DNA of 64,000 nucleotides from Veleropilina oligotropha (GCA_048128005.1 JBEUKZ010000025.1:1-64000), one strand, 5' to 3'; positions 24,179 to 33,483 are shown, counted from the stretch's first letter. Notes: generated by a model from the sequence alone, not told the origin. Numbers and translations: made by a program.

Positions 24179-24800
24179 ATTGGCAGTGCTTCGCAGTGGT
24201 CAACACGGCGGTCAGCGGCGCTAGCCACATGCCATACTTATAATACAGCTCACAGCTTGCACCGCGGAGAGCATGGGTGATGAAAGGATCGGCCTCGAGG
24301 TCAGCGACCAGACGTGGTTGGTTCTCCGGCGGAATGGGCAAGAACATCCCAGCTGCACCCGCATACAGCTGTATAGCGGCAGTCCCCAGGGTCTTCGTCA
24401 TGTCAGCACCTAGCTTCGCTTCATACCGTGCGTGGTGTTTCTCAACCTCGTCGTCAGTCATATCGTCGATTCGGTCAACCGTGAGGTTTCTCCCCAAGTA
24501 TTTGCTGGCATCCCCTCCGATGGCTAACGCGGCAAGCCTCTCCCGTTTCTTTGCCATCCCTATGGAGCCACTGACAGGTTCCTCGTGCTGCGAGCAGCGT
24601 TTGGTCGTCGAGCCATGGCCGCCCACGGTCGTTTCTTCCTCGTCGTCCATGAGTTGATCGATAAGGCTGTCCATCCTTAAGCGTTTCCAACATCTCCTCG
24701 CCAGTCTAATATAGCGATAATGCCAATACCACAACGTTACGAGTAGCAACAATACCAGGCTCTGGCTGCAAGCAAAAGCTAGATATACAGCGTCCGACAT
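24033..24800 (-). CDS. Hypothetical viral protein with N-terminal TM segment (255 aa)
   Basis: Long ORF in the minus-strand run with SLVLLLLVTLWYW and a helical core. C-terminus overlaps the next ORF. Confidence 0.7.
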   Translation of the reverse strand: MSDAVYLAFACSQSLVLLLLVTLWYWHYRYIRLARRCWKRLRMDSLIDQLMDDEEETTVGGHGSTTKRCSQHEEPVSGSIGMAKKRERLAALAIGGDASKYLGRNLTVDRIDDMTDDEVEKHHARYEAKLGADMTKTLGTAAIQLYAGAAGMFLPIPPENQPRLVADLEADPFITHALRGASCELYYKYGMWLAPLTAVLTTAKHCQFGHVCPPKISERERDQDDNAGSGPNDREPADREPADREGDFFDSLISE

Positions 24801-24841
24801 GCTAGGAGATGCCTGGTAGATGCTCAGTAGACTACAGCTTG

Positions 24842-25483
24842 CTAAAGCACACTATAAGCAACGGGCTGATCAGATTTCAACAGAAGCTTAGCGTGTCGGG
24901 TCTCGGCCAACAGCCGGCGCACCGCGGTCCGTTCATCCTGTGACTGAATGACATCGTTCTCGCGAAGGCAGTCTTCATAACTGTCGCGGTCCTTGCAGTG
25001 AAACAAAACGACAAAGCGGGTCTGCTCCCGAAACTCCTTCAGGATCGAGTTGTACTTCTGCGTCACCACCCACACACTCTGAGCGGCGTGCCTCCCGCTA
25101 AAAGCCAGCTCAGTCAGCATATCCCTCCTCTTGGCTAGGGCCTTGCTGGCGGCGCAGTCGTCGATGATGTACAGAGTTGATTCTCCCTGAAACAGCCGGT
25201 AGAACCCCCGCAACCAGTCATGGAGTCGCTCACCAGGGGGGATTATGTACACCTCAGGGTCGGTCCAGATCCATGGGCATGACTGGTATGCCTTGTTGAA
25301 CTTGATCGTGGGGCAGAGGATCACAATATGCCGGAAGACGCCTCGGTAGACCCCTTTCAGCAGTTCAAGCATAAACAAGGTCTTCCCACAGCCGGTCTGG
25401 CCGCAGATAATCGCGGAGTGGGGGTCCTTGGGGTGGGGGAACCGTCTACTAGTACAGCGCGGTGACAAATCGGCCATTTTCAA
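24842..25483 (-). CDS. A32-like (FtsK-HerA superfamily) genome-packaging ATPase (213 aa)
   Basis: Walker A GQTGCGKT, Walker B YIIDD, arginine finger SGRH, sensor VVTQKY. Confidence 0.93.
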   Translation of the reverse strand: MKMADLSPRCTSRRFPHPKDPHSAIICGQTGCGKTLFMLELLKGVYRGVFRHIVILCPTIKFNKAYQSCPWIWTDPEVYIIPPGERLHDWLRGFYRLFQGESTLYIIDDCAASKALAKRRDMLTELAFSGRHAAQSVWVVTQKYNSILKEFREQTRFVVLFHCKDRDSYEDCLRENDVIQSQDERTAVRRLLAETRHAKLLLKSDQPVAYSVL

Positions 25484-26753
25484 TATGCAGCTGCGCGTCC
25501 ATTATCACGAACATGTAGACGTTCAACGGGCCGGCGGCTTCGCCTGTCTTCGTGATCTGAATCGTAATGCCCTCGCTGGCGTTATCTACTTTCCGGCCTG
25601 ACCCATGCAGCTCGTCGTCGTCGGTTACGCGCAGGTCGATCCAGAGTGCGAACTTTTTCGTCAGAAACTCGCCCAGGGTGACGTCCGCCAGCGCCAAGTC
25701 CTTGGCAACCATCGCGACCTCAGGATGGCGTTTGCTGATCGGAGAGGAGGCGAAGAATCTCCTGGCTTCGTCCCACATCTGGTAGGAACGCATGCCCTGG
25801 CTGTACAGTTGATTCGGCACACCCTCAATAGTGACCTCGACCTTTGTGATCTTCGGATTGTAGAAGGCCTCGGTGTCCCTCGCGAATGGTACGGCGTCTC
25901 TCGCGGGATCCTCGAACAGATATAGGATACCCTTCATGGATTTCGCCGGTACATTCAAATTTAAATTCCACAAAGTGTCACTTTTGTCTCTCGTGATCTT
26001 ACGATGCCGCAGGACATGATCGTACAGGATCACGAGGCGGCCCGAGTATTGGTTTTTTATCGATCTGGCAAGCTCAAGATTAGTGACCATGTCGTATTCC
26101 AGGCTGATATTGTCGATGACGTAGCTGGAGCTGGGGTCATCGGTGTCCCTGATTGTCCGGGAGTAGTCGTTGAACGTAAGCTCGTACTCAAGACGGTCCC
26201 CCAACGCACTTTGGTAGAACGGCATGTGGCTCTCCAGCAACTCGAAGTCCAGCGGGATGCGAAACCTTGGGCCGTACGCGTCCGATATAGCTGTGTCCTC
26301 AGAACGTCTGAATGCGCCCTCAGCGCCGACACGGTTCTTCGTAGTGTTGTGGCTGTCGCTGGTATCAATACCCTGATATTGGGCATTCTTGCGCTCCCCT
26401 GCGGTCTTCCAGAGATCGCAGTAGCAGTGGTACACGTCGGAGTCATCTATAGACATGACTTCGTTCCCACTAATCTTAATCGTGGTCTTTTTGATCACGG
26501 CGCGTCCGATATTCTGAACTACAGTTCTGTTCGGGTTAGCCGAGGTCAGAGAAATGGTAAATGCGAGGTGGGCAGTCCCTGGCACGATTACGTCGTGAGT
26601 CCCGAGATTCGGGAACCGAACCAACAGCTGCTGGTTCGCAGCAATAGTGGATGGGTTGTTCGTTATCGTGACCGACTGGCGGACCACTTTCACCCCGAGG
26701 GGCTCTCGAAGTCTGCGGTATGGATTCAACGTGCGTCCATACGTGCTGGCCAT
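25449..26753 (-). CDS. Probable double jelly-roll major capsid protein (434 aa)
   Basis: Size, beta-strand-rich pattern (LLVRFP, LAFTISL, TIKISGNEV, FRIPLDF, LEYELTF, VEVTIEG, VYMFVIMD) and position next to the ATPase. The fold is inferred. Confidence 0.78.
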   Translation of the reverse strand: MASTYGRTLNPYRRLREPLGVKVVRQSVTITNNPSTIAANQQLLVRFPNLGTHDVIVPGTAHLAFTISLTSANPNRTVVQNIGRAVIKKTTIKISGNEVMSIDDSDVYHCYCDLWKTAGERKNAQYQGIDTSDSHNTTKNRVGAEGAFRRSEDTAISDAYGPRFRIPLDFELLESHMPFYQSALGDRLEYELTFNDYSRTIRDTDDPSSSYVIDNISLEYDMVTNLELARSIKNQYSGRLVILYDHVLRHRKITRDKSDTLWNLNLNVPAKSMKGILYLFEDPARDAVPFARDTEAFYNPKITKVEVTIEGVPNQLYSQGMRSYQMWDEARRFFASSPISKRHPEVAMVAKDLALADVTLGEFLTKKFALWIDLRVTDDDELHGSGRKVDNASEGITIQITKTGEAAGPLNVYMFVIMDAQLHIENGRFVTALY

Positions 26754-26765
26754 GTTGTTGTCGCT

Positions 26766-28097
26766 ATGGCTGATTTAGATGCGTATCCCAGCTTGAGTAT
26801 TCAAATGGCGGAATTTGAGAACCCCACATTCGAGCCCGACATCGTCGACGATGATGGTGAGGTTGGATCCAAGGACTGGATTGAGCCTGTTCTTTCGGAA
26901 CGGCCACAGGAAGGAACCAGCAGTCAGCGGCAAGAGTTAGTGAAGGACGCGGTTGATGGCTACTACGAAGCCCTGTTGGAGGAGGGGCAGACCCCGCCCC
27001 TGTATCGTGATTATGCCCAGTTCGAGTATGTCGAGGAGGAGGGATTGCGGCTGAAGAAATATCCAAACATCGATCTCATCAATTCTAGAACGAAAAAACC
27101 CAATGCTTTGTCAACACTAGCTAACCGGAGAGGTGGGGGTAAAGCGATCAGAAAGGGGTTGGGTTTTGAACACTGGACGCGGCCAGAGAAGCGGGGGAAA
27201 AAAGCTGTCCTCAAAAAGCGGTTGCAGCTCTGCAGACAGCCAACAATGAGTTCAGCGGTGCGGCGGCCAATGTCGAAAACGTAGAACTGCAGGACTTGGG
27301 GCAGACCGCGACAACGGCATCAGCTGCGATCCACAACATGGAGACGGAGTTCACCGACGCTGAAGTTGAAGAGTTCTTGAACTCGGTGGAGGGGGACCCC
27401 CCTCCATTCAATCTTCGTGAGCTTCGTGGGCTGGACAAGGCGATGCAGACCATTCGAGGCGAGCTCACTAACAACTTAGCCAAACTAACGGCGCTGGACG
27501 AACACATAGAGCTGGAGAAGAGCAAGCTCGATCAGGCAGATGAAGAGGGCGGTGTGGAAGATTTTGTACGTCGACGGATTGCGGAACGTCTGCGCAACTT
27601 AAACGATGAACGAGCAGCCCGCCTCGAGGCAGCCGGATCCAGCCGGGAGGCCCTACGCTCTCAAATCAGCCGGATCCGAGAGATGCTCAATCGGATTCTC
27701 CACTCCGACACAACGCTGGCCGAGCGTATCCGGACCCTATTTCGCGAGCAGGGGGTTACAATCGCAACAATACTGACCGCTATCGGGCTCGCCATCTCGA
27801 CTCTGGTACTAGCACTAACCGGTGGAGCGCCGAGCATACCACAACCACCATCACCTCCCAGTGGTCAGGGGGGGGGTCAAGGAGTGGGTAAAAAAGCAGC
27901 TGCGGACCCTGGGTCGGATTCTAGGCAAACTAGCGGGGAAGGCCGCAGCCGCGCTCCCCGGAATACTTGGCAGCCTGGTCTCCTGGCTAATCAACCTGGT
28001 CGGCAAGACTGCGTCGTGGCTCGCCGAGAATCTGTGGACTGTGATTATATCTGTTGGGGGCTTGCTTCTTATTGCCGCTAGACAGTGGGTCACGTAA
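26766..28097 (+). pseudogene. Coiled-coil viral protein with C-terminal hydrophobic helices, split by two frameshifts
   Basis: Three overlapping ORFs read as one ~440-aa protein if the frame shifts at the G/A runs near 27193-27217 and at the G9 run 27868-27876 (G8 restores QGGVKEWVKKQL). Confidence 0.7.
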
Positions 28098-29373
28098 GCC
28101 AGATGAACGCTAGGCCAACGACAATGCCGCCCACGATAAGTGCGGTTTTCTCCTCGTCATGTGCCACAGCTACCGCTGGAACAGCTACAGCCAGCTCAGC
28201 GTTTGGATGCTTCAGAGTGACTACCGGTATGCTTGCATCTGCGTCTTGTGGAATAACCAGTCCTGTTTCTCCAGTACCCCCAGTGGCGTTGAGCGGCACA
28301 CTGGCCGCGTTCACCGTAGTATTAAGACCTAGGGTCTGGTCTTCCGTGGCGACGACGATCTCGTTGTTATAACCAGCCACCTGCCCGATCCGTAGAAGCA
28401 TGTTACTTGGCGCCATGTACAGGCCGACGCCGAATACGAAGTCGAGCTTGGACCTGGCATACTGCAAAACGTCCCGGTACCGTTTGATGGCTGATGGGAG
28501 GTCCACTGGCGATGCGATGGCGTCTTCGACGTCGGCCAGAAACTGTTTCTGTGCGTCGAATGCCGTCCCACTACCCAGAATACTTGCACGTGTCTGCGCC
28601 TGCGCTCCAAGAATCGCCCAGACGTAGGTCCTGATGGAGTCATTAAGCCTCTCCACGCCGGCCCGGGTAAACCCCACTGACCTGTCCAGAATAAAAGTAG
28701 CCCAGCCGTTTGAAAGCGCAGGCGCTTGCGCGATGTAGTCCACGTGCAGATTCGTGTTGGTCGTACCTTTGGTGAAGGACATTCGGCTTGGATCATACTC
28801 ACGTCCGATGGGGTGGTAGCCGTTGTTCGTCCAGTAGCTGTAAGCGGTGCCTAGTCCGCCGTTGGGACCCTTGACACGCCAGTCGGTATGCGGGGACACT
28901 CCGAATTCGCTGCAGATCTTTTCATATGCCCTTCGGCCATACGGGGTGTCGAATGCATCCCACGTCACGTCTTGAGGCAGCGGGGCCTGAATCTCGGTCA
29001 AGATCCTTCTGACCTGATAGTATACGTGGAAGGTGAATACAGCAGTGGAGAGGGCTGCAGTAGCATTCAAGTGGTCTTCTGAGGAGATCCCGGAACCCGT
29101 TGTGGCACACCAGACTGCGAAGTTGACCTTGTTCTGCCAAAATCGCATCGGCGTGGTCTGCCAAGCCCTTATGACTCGATCACTCGCGACGTGAGGGAGG
29201 CGGTATTTTTGAAAGACGTCGGGGTAGTCGGCCCCGAATGCAGGATGGGGAGATTCAGACGAGGAGACAACGACGCGTGGTTTTGTAAGCTGCTCATCTT
29301 TGATCTTTGCTGGGTACACCACACCGGTCGTATAGGCCGCACTCCTATTGAATACAAAGGCGCTCTTAGCCAT
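28090..29373 (-). CDS. Hypothetical viral protein with C-terminal membrane anchor (427 aa)
   Basis: Long intact ORF ending EEKTALIVGGIVVGLAFIWLT. Confidence 0.8.
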   Translation of the reverse strand: MAKSAFVFNRSAAYTTGVVYPAKIKDEQLTKPRVVVSSSESPHPAFGADYPDVFQKYRLPHVASDRVIRAWQTTPMRFWQNKVNFAVWCATTGSGISSEDHLNATAALSTAVFTFHVYYQVRRILTEIQAPLPQDVTWDAFDTPYGRRAYEKICSEFGVSPHTDWRVKGPNGGLGTAYSYWTNNGYHPIGREYDPSRMSFTKGTTNTNLHVDYIAQAPALSNGWATFILDRSVGFTRAGVERLNDSIRTYVWAILGAQAQTRASILGSGTAFDAQKQFLADVEDAIASPVDLPSAIKRYRDVLQYARSKLDFVFGVGLYMAPSNMLLRIGQVAGYNNEIVVATEDQTLGLNTTVNAASVPLNATGGTGETGLVIPQDADASIPVVTLKHPNAELAVAVPAVAVAHDEEKTALIVGGIVVGLAFIWLT

Positions 29374-29377
29374 AGCT

Positions 29378-30096
29378 ATGTTTCACACATTAACGAGTGT
29401 TCAAGAGGAGACCGCGGTTGCCCTCCTGGAGCCGATTGATAATCGGGAAGGCAAACTATGTGTCAGTTTACAGTCACTCGACTATTGGGTCGGCTGGCAC
29501 AACGTCCACGCCGGAGCCTTCTTTAAGACCCCCGATACCACGGTAGAGGTGGCACCAGGTTTCTACAGCTTTGATGACCTCGCCAAGACGATGAAGAGGT
29601 CGCTAAAGAACATACAGCTGGATGTAAGCCATGCTACAGGGCTCGCCCGATAGCGATAAGCGACGATATCAGGAAACTCCTAGGCTTACCCCTGTCTTAG
29701 TTCATTCTCGATAAATCGGGGAATCTGAACCCTCCCCTTCGCACCGGAGTACAGGGCCATCCACCTCCCCCTCCGGAGAGATCCGAGTGGCTACGCCCTG
29801 GGACTTATGACGGGAATAAGCCTGTAGGGTTTGCCATAGCGCCGACCCTGCACGTCCACCTGGAGCAGCTCAGTACGACACACAATGTGAAGGACGGCGC
29901 CCCGAGCAATATTCTCGCGGTGGTCCCTATAACGTCGCAGATATTCGGCGAGGCTGGCCACTACCACAGGCATCCCGCCGGCCGGCGACTACAGGCCGGG
30001 TCACTAACAGAATTGAAGATGTGGGTCACAGACGCAGATGGTAACCCGATCGACAATCACGGCATGCCCATTACCGCAGTCCTTGCGATACAATGA
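29378..30096 (+). pseudogene. Minor capsid (penton-like single jelly-roll) gene, disrupted
   Basis: VEVAPGFYSFDDL, then IRKLLGL and LHVHLEQL...NILAVVPI...WVTDADGNPIDNHGMPITAVL, resembling Polinton pentons. Frameshift near 29650 and in-frame TAG at 29698-29700. Confidence 0.72.
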
Positions 30097-30449
30097 GCAG
30101 CAGCATCTATGGGACCCTGCAGGCAGATGAGCCCTCTTCCCCGACCCGGTGGCACTTTGTTCTTAATTGTGGAGAAGCACCCAAGAAGAAGGGACTGGCG
30201 AAGAGGGAGTTCCTTCTTCCCAATAATGGAGGCCGGTTTGGGTTGAACCCAGCCCTCCTAATGATCCACATGACGCCGGTCCAGCCCGCCGGAGGCCCCA
30301 AAGCATGTTCCATAAGTACGCTTGGCCTGAATTCGGACAGGCTGACCCTCGCCTTCGTCGTCAAGGCCCCGTGGGTTGGCACTCTGTATTTGAACGTTAC
30401 AATAGACACTGGGAATCAACAGGCTGAACAATACAGCCACGAACAATGA
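30093..30449 (+). CDS. Hypothetical viral protein (118 aa)
   Basis: ATGA start/stop overlaps with both neighbours. Confidence 0.7.
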   Translation: MSSSIYGTLQADEPSSPTRWHFVLNCGEAPKKKGLAKREFLLPNNGGRFGLNPALLMIHMTPVQPAGGPKACSISTLGLNSDRLTLAFVVKAPWVGTLYLNVTIDTGNQQAEQYSHEQ

Positions 30450-31078
30450 ACAACAAGCCCTCAGCGCCAACGCTGTACCCACAGCTTGGTGGCGATGTGC
30501 CTTCGGAACTGCCGGAGGCACAGTCTTTCCGACTACAGAAAGTGAATGAGCTCCAGGGACAGCTAGAGCGAGAGAGAGACGCAAGAGCTGCACTGTACAA
30601 GAAGTACCGCAGAGGTGTTAACGTCGTTGACGGGATAGATAACGGGCTAGTCGTCGCCACCCTTGGTATGGGTAGCGCCGGCATCGGACTGTTGTCCACG
30701 ATCGTTGCCGCACCTGTTGTCCTAGTGCTGGAATTAGCGGCATTAGGGTGTGGGCTCGCTAGCATGGGTGGGAAATATATCAGCCGCCGCCTCGGGGTGA
30801 AGGCTAAGAAGCACGACGAGATCAGAGTACTGGCCGACAGCAAGCTGAATACCATAACCGACCACGTCTCAAAGGCCTTAGCGGACGGGGTGATGTCTGA
30901 TGATGAATTCCAACTGGTCACAGGGGAGATGGAGAAATACCAAGCCATGAAGGCATCAATTCGGGATAAGAGTAGGAAGGCGCACACCGCGATTTCACAG
31001 ACCCAGAGCGAGCTTATTGAGCGTGGTCGTTTAGAGGGTCGCGCAGAGCTGCTGAAAAAAATCGGAGCTGGCGACTAA
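30446..31078 (+). CDS. Two-TM helical viral protein with N-terminal PSAP/LYPxL motifs (210 aa)
   Basis: MNNKPSAPTLYPQL, coiled coil, Gly-rich hydrophobic hairpin, KKHDEIRVLADSKLN...ALADGVMSDDEF. Confidence 0.85.
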   Translation: MNNKPSAPTLYPQLGGDVPSELPEAQSFRLQKVNELQGQLERERDARAALYKKYRRGVNVVDGIDNGLVVATLGMGSAGIGLLSTIVAAPVVLVLELAALGCGLASMGGKYISRRLGVKAKKHDEIRVLADSKLNTITDHVSKALADGVMSDDEFQLVTGEMEKYQAMKASIRDKSRKAHTAISQTQSELIERGRLEGRAELLKKIGAGD

Positions 31079-31160
31079 CTATCCAGGTTGAGCGTAGCCA
31101 CGACTACCCCCCTCCTCCCCCGTATTAAAGCTAGAAATCGACAGTGATATCTGGACAACC

Positions 31161-31583
31161 ATGAAATCCATGCTACTTCTGTGCATTGCCGCGGTGTGCT
31201 GGCTAGGGGGTGTCTCTACCCAGGCGTCGAGACACGACACTGCATTAATTCTCGAACATACGTGGGCTAGGTACCGAAATCATCCCAGGTATAACGCCCG
31301 ATTTGACCCCTTACGTAGAAACTTGCTTCTTCGCCCGGGAGACCCCACCCCTGATGTCGCCCCACCCTCGTGCCACTACTTTATTATCGGAGAGAATGAC
31401 TGTAGCCCTGCCACACCCCCAGATACTGTCACATGTGTCCAGTGTTCGGCCCCCTCCCTATGTCCTGGCAAAAATGGGGAGTATTACACCATGCTGTCTG
31501 GCTGCTTCGGTGTGTGGAGAAAAATCGGACACCTTTCGCCATGCAATTGCACGTTGACATCGGGCAACTTCATATTCATATAA
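31161..31583 (+). CDS. Secreted Cys-rich protein (140 aa)
   Basis: Signal peptide MKSMLLLCIAAVCWLGGVSTQA. Eight Cys in the C-terminal 70 aa. Confidence 0.75.
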   Translation: MKSMLLLCIAAVCWLGGVSTQASRHDTALILEHTWARYRNHPRYNARFDPLRRNLLLRPGDPTPDVAPPSCHYFIIGENDCSPATPPDTVTCVQCSAPSLCPGKNGEYYTMLSGCFGVWRKIGHLSPCNCTLTSGNFIFI

Positions 31584-31613
31584 ACAGCTGCTTGGGAATT
31601 CTCTTGCCTTACA

Positions 31614-31872
31614 GGGCCGCTTTGGTAGCGCAGTGGGTAGAGTGTCCACTCTAAATTCACTGGCTTGTTTCCGCTGACGCGAACAGTAGTGGGATCGACC
31701 CCCGGCTGAGGCAGCACACATTTGTTCAAGTTATGAAGCACAGTTGTCCGTGACTGGCCGAAGAGGGCGGGTTTACCCGGCGACCGGGGTTTCCTCCCGC
31801 GATAACACGGACATGTCCTGCCTTGAACCTCGATGTTATAAATATACAGGACATTAAGCATAATTCCTCCTC
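31614..31872 (+). mobile_element. tRNA-derived SINE inserted inside the viral element
   Basis: A box TAGCGCAGTGG, B-box-like GGGATCGACCCC, (CCT)n tail. 13-bp TSD CTCTTGCCTTACA (31601-31613, 31873-31885). Confidence 0.93.
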
Positions 31873-32515
31873 CTCTTGCCTTACACTATATTTTCAGTAT
31901 TCCCAAGCAGCTGTCTATTGTTGACTATCCAGTACAGCCTATTCATAGCGTTTCGCTTCGCGTATCTCGGGGATTCCCCCTGCCCGCAATGACTTGAAAC
32001 CATGAAACAATAGATGCCTATAGCCTTAATGGGTTTCTCAGCGGGTATGAATAGAAGCAAGCGCTTCGCCTTTAGAAATAACAGGCTATGCCGAGTCTTT
32101 AGAAATATCTCGTCACGCCTATTGTTTGCCCTCGCTCACAAGCTTACTCTGGCTGGCTGACCCAGTTAAAAATCGATTTTGTCTAATGAATTTCTCGTAG
32201 CACAGAAAGTGCAAGCTGCCAGATACGTATTTAGCTGTTAGTGACCCAGAAAAAAAAAGATTTCGGTCCAGAACTTTTTTTCACTGGGTCACCAAAAGCT
32301 TCGACGTAAACATGGGGACCGAAATCTTGTCGACTCATTGTATATGTCACGATGAGTCGACAGTTATTCCGTCGATCTAGCAATAACGCTTCTCGAGAAT
32401 GGGCACACTAGGTCAGCCACAGGCTATGAATAGTCGACCTTCAAGAAAAGACTAAATGCAGTAACAAAGAGTTCTCGACACGGATACAAACATACGCCTG
32501 CCCGGCTAGGGTAGT

Positions 32516-32715
32516 GCGCTGTCTGTACACACAGTGACTTTTTGTAATACACGCTATACCCTGGGGTCTGAACAGGTGCTGGGAGCCCCCACGGCCGGGC
32601 CCCGGGGCCCCACCCTAACTCCCTAGTCCCCCCCGGTATTACCAGCTCAGTTCTGAACAGGTGCTGGGAGCCTTATTTTCCCATTCTAAAAAGTCTACTG
32701 ACCCCCCCTGCTGCT
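32516..32715 (-). repeat. Right terminal inverted repeat
   Basis: Reverse complement of 17054-17236, with an extra GC-rich segment near 32591-32606. Confidence 0.95.
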
Positions 32716-33483
32716 CGCTCTATACGCAGATAATACATGACATTAGCAATGCCTTGAACACTGGGTGATGTATTATTCCACTTGCCAATTAGACATTTTC
32801 ACAATCAAAACATCGCAAGTAGGCTATTTTACTTGTTGACATAATTATGAAAATATTACGATATAATGCTGAATATTACAATTTATAGTCAAATAAAACA
32901 TTTTGAAATTAAGTGTTGAAATTTTCTCGACCACTTGAAATCAGAAAGTCGGGCACCGACTAATACGTGCGACATACAGAAGTTGTAGTTCCAAAGACAA
33001 AAGTTGGGGTCTCGACTAATAGGCGAAGTCGACCTATCGGCGAGCAAATACGGTCACCTAATTAGATTATTAGAATATTGTCAATGGTTAATTTGCATAT
33101 ATCGGAACAGTAGCACCGTTTGCTGATCGTACACACCTGGGACAAGTAATAATGACAAAGACGTTTACCCCGAAGGGAAAGCGAGACTTAGGGATTACAT
33201 TTTCAGGCGGCGTCGTCGTCTGCATCGTCGGCGTCGTGTCGTTTTGGGTTAAAGTTTTTCATTGCATGTGTATGGGTTGCTAAAGGCACTTTTATGCATA
33301 CATATGCATTGGTACTGGTTATATGGACAACACCTGATACTCTGTAACTGTTATTGAATGGAATTTTATATAAATAATGCATGAAATTGGTGTTTTTGGA
33401 CATAGAAATTTTGATTAAAGTTTTTGGTTAAAGTTTTTCATTGCATGTGTATGGGTTGCTAAAGGCACTTTTATGCATACATA

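Larger units (their letters stand above)
17054..32715. mobile_element. Endogenous Polinton-like DNA virus, full length, 15,662 bp
   Basis: Termini AGCAGCAGGGGGG...CCCCCCTGCTGCT with long TIRs. 5-bp TSD CGCTC at 17049-17053 and 32716-32720. Dense intronless GC-rich ORFs in AT-rich host DNA: integrase, packaging ATPase, capsid-like proteins and PolB. Confidence 0.95.
15395..33053. mobile_element. pogo/Tc1-like non-autonomous element interrupted by a LINE end and the virus
   Basis: Inverted termini CCGTATTTGCTCGC (15395) and GCGAGCAAATACGG (ending 33053), with subterminal TCGAC motifs. Confidence 0.55.

Noticed and set aside
26004..26765. N-terminal part of the 426-aa plus-strand ORF
   Set aside because: Antisense to the MCP; the credible start is the ATG at 26766.
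31614..31720. tRNA gene
   Set aside because: The A/B boxes belong to a multi-copy SINE with tail and TSD; no complete cloverleaf.
32328..32385. Hammerhead ribozyme in the viral right arm
   Set aside because: No CUGANGA...GAAA core in the right arrangement on either strand.
17054..32715. Bacterial or phage contamination explaining the GC-rich island
   Set aside because: TSD, empty-site twin, an internal host SINE and eukaryotic-virus gene types show a true integration.
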